Assembly: GCA_018238625.1 (NCBI GenBank)
Contig: JABCSY010000047.1
Location: forward strand, 1-31,436
Length of the DNA: 31,436 bases
Direction of reading: 5' to 3'
DNA from: Promethearchaeota archaeon
Lineage (GTDB): Archaea > Asgardarchaeota > Lokiarchaeia > Sigyniarchaeales > SOKP01
Shown: positions 27,350 through 31,436 of the stretch, one piece after another
Layout of the letters: the number at the start of each line of letters is the position of its first letter
Position numbering within the stretch: the first letter of the stretch is position 1
Notes under the pieces: generated by a model
The model's input: only the letters and a program-made list of their open reading frames with translations
Database searches by the model: none
What the model was told of the DNA's origin: nothing
Position numbers and translations under genes: made by a program

Positions 27350-27412
27350 TTTTTATAAATAAATTAATAAGAAAGATATGATACGACTTTATCGCTGAGG
27401 ATATGTACTTGA

Positions 27413-27601
27413 TTACCGTACTCTTAATGCGTACTTCCCAGGAAAATGGATCTTTAAATATTCTGCAAATCTAGATCCCGAAGGATTAATAATTATGACT
27501 TCCCCGGTATAGTCCTCGCTAAGACTATGGGTTTTGCATTTTGGACAAATTTGTTCTTTTTTAGTAATTAAATGGCAATTTTTACAAGCTTTTTCTTTCA
27601 A
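27413..27601 (-). CDS. spt4: Transcription elongation factor Spt4 (RpoE'')
   Basis: KACKNC...CPKC...LSEDYTG.VIIINP..S..A..L.I..PGKYALRVR. Confidence 0.96.
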   Translation of the reverse strand: MKEKACKNCHLITKKEQICPKCKTHSLSEDYTGEVIIINPSGSRFAEYLKIHFPGKYALRVR

Positions 27602-27642
27602 AAATATTTTCGCCTACTTTTACTTAGTAATAAAATTATTCT

Positions 27643-28245
27643 TTATTCTTCGCTGACTTCCTCTTCCGGTTGTTTCTTTTTCTTTGCTTCTTTTTCAGCG
27701 TACTCTTCCTCGACATCTTTTTCGATCCATTCTGGTCTCCCTAAAAACTTTTGACGCATCGTCAAACCTAGCTTACCGCTCCGTCCAGTACCTAGTGAAA
27801 CCGCAATGATTTTTGCCCTTACATCGTTGTTAACTTCAAGAATTTTTCCCGTTTCTTTACCAATAAATCGATTACCGACTTGTTCAAATGAAATGTAATC
27901 ATCGCATATCTGAGAAACGTGAACTAAGCCATCTAGCGGTCCTAGACGTACGAATGAGCCAAAATCTACTAACTCAACGACCTCTCCTTCAACAACCTCT
28001 CCGAGTTTAGGTCTAAAAGTTAAAATAGAGAATTCTACTTTATGAAAGGTGCTAGCATTTCCAGGAATAATAATACCGTGTCCCACATCAATTACTTCGA
28101 CAATAGCAATAATAAAACCGTAATCTCTAGTGATTATACCTTCGTAGTCGTCACTAAGGATAATTCTTGCGCTGTCTTCTTTAGGTTGACCAAAGAGAAA
28201 AGGAGGAATTTCCACCTTAGTTTGTAGGGAAACTAGCTTAAAAAT
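27643..28245 (-). CDS. rpo7: DNA-directed RNA polymerase subunit E' (Rpo7), probable ATT start
   Basis: (I)FKLVSLQTKVEIPP..., EVVEGEVVELVDFGSFVRLGPLDGLVHVSQI, LGLTMRQKFLG..EWI. The conserved N-terminus extends upstream of the GTG at 28215 to an ATT at 28245. Confidence 0.95.
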   Translation of the reverse strand: MFKLVSLQTKVEIPPFLFGQPKEDSARIILSDDYEGIITRDYGFIIAIVEVIDVGHGIIIPGNASTFHKVEFSILTFRPKLGEVVEGEVVELVDFGSFVRLGPLDGLVHVSQICDDYISFEQVGNRFIGKETGKILEVNNDVRAKIIAVSLGTGRSGKLGLTMRQKFLGRPEWIEKDVEEEYAEKEAKKKKQPEEEVSEE

Positions 28246-28400
28246 TTCAGAACACCAGTTATTATTGTTAAGAATAGTTAATATTGTTAAAACAAATTAA
28301 GCATAAAATTAATAATTTGTGATTTTTTCGTAATAACATATTAAATTTAAGTGATTTTATATTTTTAAAAAACTGTAAAATTAAGTAAATATCCTAATTA

Positions 28401-28772
28401 TTATATTAATTGGGCTATTTTTTCGCAAGTTCGTTTACAATCTAATAATATTAACCCGAGCCGAACTTCTTTAGTTGTAGAAACGGTCAAAACAGCGTTA
28501 GCGCCCGCCTGCATGACGAGTAAATATCCTGCACTCCCTTTTATATATAACTGATCAAAATCCCCTTTAGCCATCTCGATAATCGCTCTTTCAGATAATG
28601 ATAGAAGAGCAGCTGTCATTGCGGCAATTCTCGTCTCGTCTATGCCTTGTGGAAGTGCGGAAGCGATCGGAAGCCCTTCAGCGGATACTATTGCAGCAGA
28701 TTTCACTTCTGGAATTGCTCCAAGAAGTCTTTTTAGTATATCATCAAGGCTATCGGGGGTATTAGGGTCCAT
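28401..28772 (-). CDS. Roadblock/LC7 (MglB-like) domain protein
   Basis: VKSAAIVSAEGLPIASAL...RIAAMTAALLSLSERA...LYIKG..GY...AVLTV...RLGLI; ATG at 28772. Confidence 0.95.
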   Translation of the reverse strand: MDPNTPDSLDDILKRLLGAIPEVKSAAIVSAEGLPIASALPQGIDETRIAAMTAALLSLSERAIIEMAKGDFDQLYIKGSAGYLLVMQAGANAVLTVSTTKEVRLGLILLDCKRTCEKIAQLI

Positions 28773-29094
28773 TACTGACACTTTCTCCTTCACTAGATTT
28801 TTATTAGATAATGTTAATTATTAGAATAATATAAAGATAAATTATCACTTATATCTTAAATAGATTGTTTCTTTTTATTTTTTTTTTTTATTCGTTTATA
28901 TAAACATCTACTCTATTATGAGTTTATTAAACTTTATAATATGTAGATAAAGATATGTGCCTTGCTATAAGTATTATCCAAAATTACACTTATATTTCTA
29001 TCGTTTAGTAAAAAAAAACTATTCTCATTTAGTGTTTTTTTATCGTTAATCAGTTATTTCAATCAATATTTTGAATTTTTTCTGTTTTGAAAAG

Positions 29095-29445
29095 ATGAGG
29101 GGAATAGATAAACATAAAAGAAAATGGCCTTCATGGAAATCTATTAGTCTGGTTGTATTAGCTCCAAAAGAATATTTCGACAAATATGATGAGTCAGGTG
29201 AAAGAACTAATGAACTTTTCCAGCAAATTTCTGAGTCGCTTAATACATTTTGGGAAAACCATATGTGTACAGAAGATTACGGAATCGATTCTGTAAAGAT
29301 GGATATAAAAATTATAAAAAATCTGAATAAAAATGACTTTTGCAAAATAATTAAAAGAAATAAAGATGCAATTACTAAGAATAAGAAAGATGAAAACCCT
29401 TTCAGTTCACGTGATTCAGATCGTTTAAGAATTAATTTAGATTAA
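29095..29445 (+). CDS. Hypothetical protein, possibly a 5'-truncated gene at the edge of an acquired segment
   Basis: ATG at 29095 (TTG at 29071 as alternative); ends 23 bp before the MBL gene; no recognised family. Confidence 0.5.
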   Translation: MRGIDKHKRKWPSWKSISLVVLAPKEYFDKYDESGERTNELFQQISESLNTFWENHMCTEDYGIDSVKMDIKIIKNLNKNDFCKIIKRNKDAITKNKKDENPFSSRDSDRLRINLD

Positions 29446-29468
29446 ATGTAAATATGGTGTATAAATAA

Positions 29469-30773
29469 ATGAATTTCTGTATCCACCGCGGCACTCACGA
29501 GATCGGCGGCTCCTGCGTCGAAATATGGACTGATACAACACGGATTGTTGTTGATATTGGAATGCCGCTGGTCGGGAAAGACGGCAAAGATTTCAATTTT
29601 AAGAAGTACGAAACTTTCTCATCGTCAGAATTAGTTAAAAAGGGCGTTCTTCCGGATATTTCATGCTTTTACGAAAATTCTAAAGTATTAATTGATGGCG
29701 TTTTAATTTCCCACGCCCATCAGGATCATTATGGATTCAGCCGTTATCTCGACAAAAACATTCATTATTATCTTGGTGAGGCTACACTCAAAATCATAGA
29801 ACTAAGCTGTGATTTTACACCTCAAATTACTTATATCAAAAGATTTACACATTTTGAGCATGATGTGCCGTTTAGTATTGGCGATATCAGGATCACGCCA
29901 TTTTTAACCGATCATTCAGCATTTGACGCCTATTCATTTCTAATTGAATCCGGCGGCAAATCGTTATTTTACTCAGGCGATTTCAGGGGACACGGCAGGA
30001 AAGCGAAAATGTTTGAGTGGTTCTTAGATCATGCGCCTCAAAATGTCGATTATCTGCTTCTTGAAGGCACCCAGATCAGTCGTGGCGTCAATGTAAGTAA
30101 AACCGAACCCGAAATCGAAGATGAGCTACGGGAAATATTTAGTGAGCCGGGAAAGATAAACCTCGTTTATACTTCCGGACAAAACATTGATAGACTTGTG
30201 TCATTATACAAAGCGTGCGGAAAATCGAAAATATTTGTTGTTGACGTATATGTTGCAACGGTATTAAAATCATTATCAAAATTTGCCGCTATCCCATACC
30301 CGTCAAAAAGATGGCAAAATGTGAAAGTATTACACTCGTATTCCAAGAATACAAAGTTAGAAAAAGAAGGTAAGAGTAAAACATTCCGTCAGTTTGGCAG
30401 AACGTTGAAAATTACAAGCCAGGAAATAAACGAGAATCCCGGTAAAATTGTAATGATTGTAAGATATTCGATGCGGAAAGATTTAGAAAAGATTGATGGA
30501 ATAAAAAACGGAAATCTGATTTATTCATTGTGGGAAGGATATTTAAAAAAGCCGGATACGAAAAGGTTTGTAGATTGGCTTAAAAGCCGGGGATTTAAGT
30601 ATCGTTATATTCACACAAGCGGGCATGCAGATTTGAATACTTTAAAACAGTTAGTAAATGCTATCAATCCCAAGAATATCATTCCAATTCATACCGACGC
30701 GCCGGAGCAATATAAAAATCACTTCTGCTATCCGGTTCGAGAAATCGACGACGGTGAAGTAATTTCTCTATAA
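29469..30773 (+). CDS. MBL-fold beta-CASP metallo-hydrolase (RNase J-like)
   Basis: IHRG..EIGGSCVE, DIG, ISHAHQDHYG, DHSAFDAY, YSGDFRGHG, LEGT, NIDR, IHTSGHAD, IIPIHT motifs. Confidence 0.92.
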   Translation: MNFCIHRGTHEIGGSCVEIWTDTTRIVVDIGMPLVGKDGKDFNFKKYETFSSSELVKKGVLPDISCFYENSKVLIDGVLISHAHQDHYGFSRYLDKNIHYYLGEATLKIIELSCDFTPQITYIKRFTHFEHDVPFSIGDIRITPFLTDHSAFDAYSFLIESGGKSLFYSGDFRGHGRKAKMFEWFLDHAPQNVDYLLLEGTQISRGVNVSKTEPEIEDELREIFSEPGKINLVYTSGQNIDRLVSLYKACGKSKIFVVDVYVATVLKSLSKFAAIPYPSKRWQNVKVLHSYSKNTKLEKEGKSKTFRQFGRTLKITSQEINENPGKIVMIVRYSMRKDLEKIDGIKNGNLIYSLWEGYLKKPDTKRFVDWLKSRGFKYRYIHTSGHADLNTLKQLVNAINPKNIIPIHTDAPEQYKNHFCYPVREIDDGEVISL

Positions 30774-30851
30774 ACATTTTGAAATATTTTCAACGCGTCA
30801 TGTACATCAATGCACAATCGTTAATGAAACATTTAACATATTGCATTCCGA

Positions 30852-31170
30852 GACTTGACTTAAGACTGCCATATCAAAGAACATAAACCGATCTCCAAAC
30901 TTTGCCGGCAGGCTTGAGTTAAGTCGGATCACTATCGCCCTTAACTCAAGTCGTTTCGTAACCCAGCCGCAAACGTGTCGGGTTTTATAATTTCCTTTTG
31001 GAATCAACCCAACCTTCAGAAGGGTATATCAAGCATCCTGACCGGTCTGTAAATCTTCTATTAAACCTTCTGGTTTTTGACTTTACCACTCGGCTGACGC
31101 CGCCTTAATTCAAGGGCTGAAAAATATTCAACTTAATCATTGAACTTCCCCGGCAGGCTTGAGTTAAGTC
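30852..31170. repeat. Cluster of five quasi-palindromic CTTRANTYAAG sites, including a 21-bp direct repeat (30905-30925 and 31150-31170)
   Basis: ccggcaggcttgagttaagtc occurs twice exactly; 11-mer copies start at 30854, 30913, 30940, 31104 and 31158. Confidence 0.8.
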
Positions 31171-31273
31171 CTTTGCCTTAACCTTGATCAGTATTTTCCC
31201 ATATAATTTATCAAGTAAATCATGTCATTCCACAATCTTCAATCTAAAATCCAGCATCCATTTGATCAAATGC

Positions 31274-31338
31274 ACCTTGAAAAGGTAAAAAGAACAATTC
31301 TGAGTTGTGTCAATACATCAATTTCACCTTTTCAAGGT
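31274..31338. repeat. Perfect 13-bp inverted repeat (accttgaaaaggt / accttttcaaggt)
   Basis: Arms at 31274-31286 and 31326-31338; each arm is itself ACCTT-N3-AAGGT. Confidence 0.8.
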
Positions 31339-31359
31339 ATTCGCATTAAACTAATTCAA

Positions 31360-31433
31360 CCACAGTGAAATATGCTCCTTCCCTGGTGAAATATTTTCTT
31401 CACAGGGCAGACGTCGCATTTCACGTGGCAAGC
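31360..31433. repeat. Nested REP-like hairpins (GTGAA...TTCAC family)
   Basis: Outer arms ccacagtgaaatatgc (31360-31375) / gcatttcacgtgg (31416-31428) enclose the inner ccctggtgaa-atattttc-ttcacaggg (31381-31407); both hairpins end in a GGCARRC tail. Confidence 0.65.
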
Positions 31434-31436
31434 CCG

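Noticed and set aside
27370-27410. SECIS or C/D-box-like motif (atga...ctga) after DUF359
   Set aside because: Flanking stems do not pair, box C is imperfect, and no gene with an in-frame UGA was found in the window.
6279-28824. Other short track ORFs overlapping assigned genes (6279, 6317, 8771, 10445, 11367, 12560, 15828, 16932, 18866, 22360, 22574, 23237, 27010, 27572, 28042, 28642)
   Set aside because: Alternate-frame or antisense shadows of well-supported genes, with no motifs of their own.
30807-31007. 66-aa minus-strand ORF
   Set aside because: No motif, and it overlaps the palindrome cluster; more likely non-coding.

Overview
AT-rich archaeal chromosomal segment, most likely Asgard (Lokiarchaeia-like). 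This is inferred from archaeal ribosomal, RNAP and KEOPS genes together with a Roadblock/LC7 protein and a gelsolin-like protein. 1-7 kb: two divergent large surface-protein genes with homologous N-terminal leaders. The minus-strand one is missing from the ORF track (C1A papain peptidase-CARDB-PKD-like-DUF285 25-aa repeats, running off the window); the other is NosD beta-helix-2xFN3-permuted papain amidase-TM. 7-21 kb: enoyl-CoA hydratase, thioesterase, 4-hydroxybutyryl-CoA dehydratase, M24 peptidase, nitroreductase, a membrane-anchored double-wHTH regulator with a probably paralogous partner, a TrmB-like protein with a ~520-aa helical insert, Fae-Hps and a gelsolin-domain protein. 21-29 kb: a rearranged information-processing cluster (S6e, L24e, Rpo10, L7Ae, S28e, RHH, Bud32, Kae1, S27ae, S24e, inverted DUF359, Spt4, Rpo7 with a probable ATT start, Roadblock). 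Within it, a 905-bp mini-element appears to have integrated into the RHH gene and replaced its 3' end. 29-31.4 kb: a compositionally distinct, probably acquired RNase J-like MBL gene followed by palindrome-rich non-coding DNA. No rRNA, tRNA or CRISPR array was recognised. All family assignments come from motif reading by eye, not database searches.
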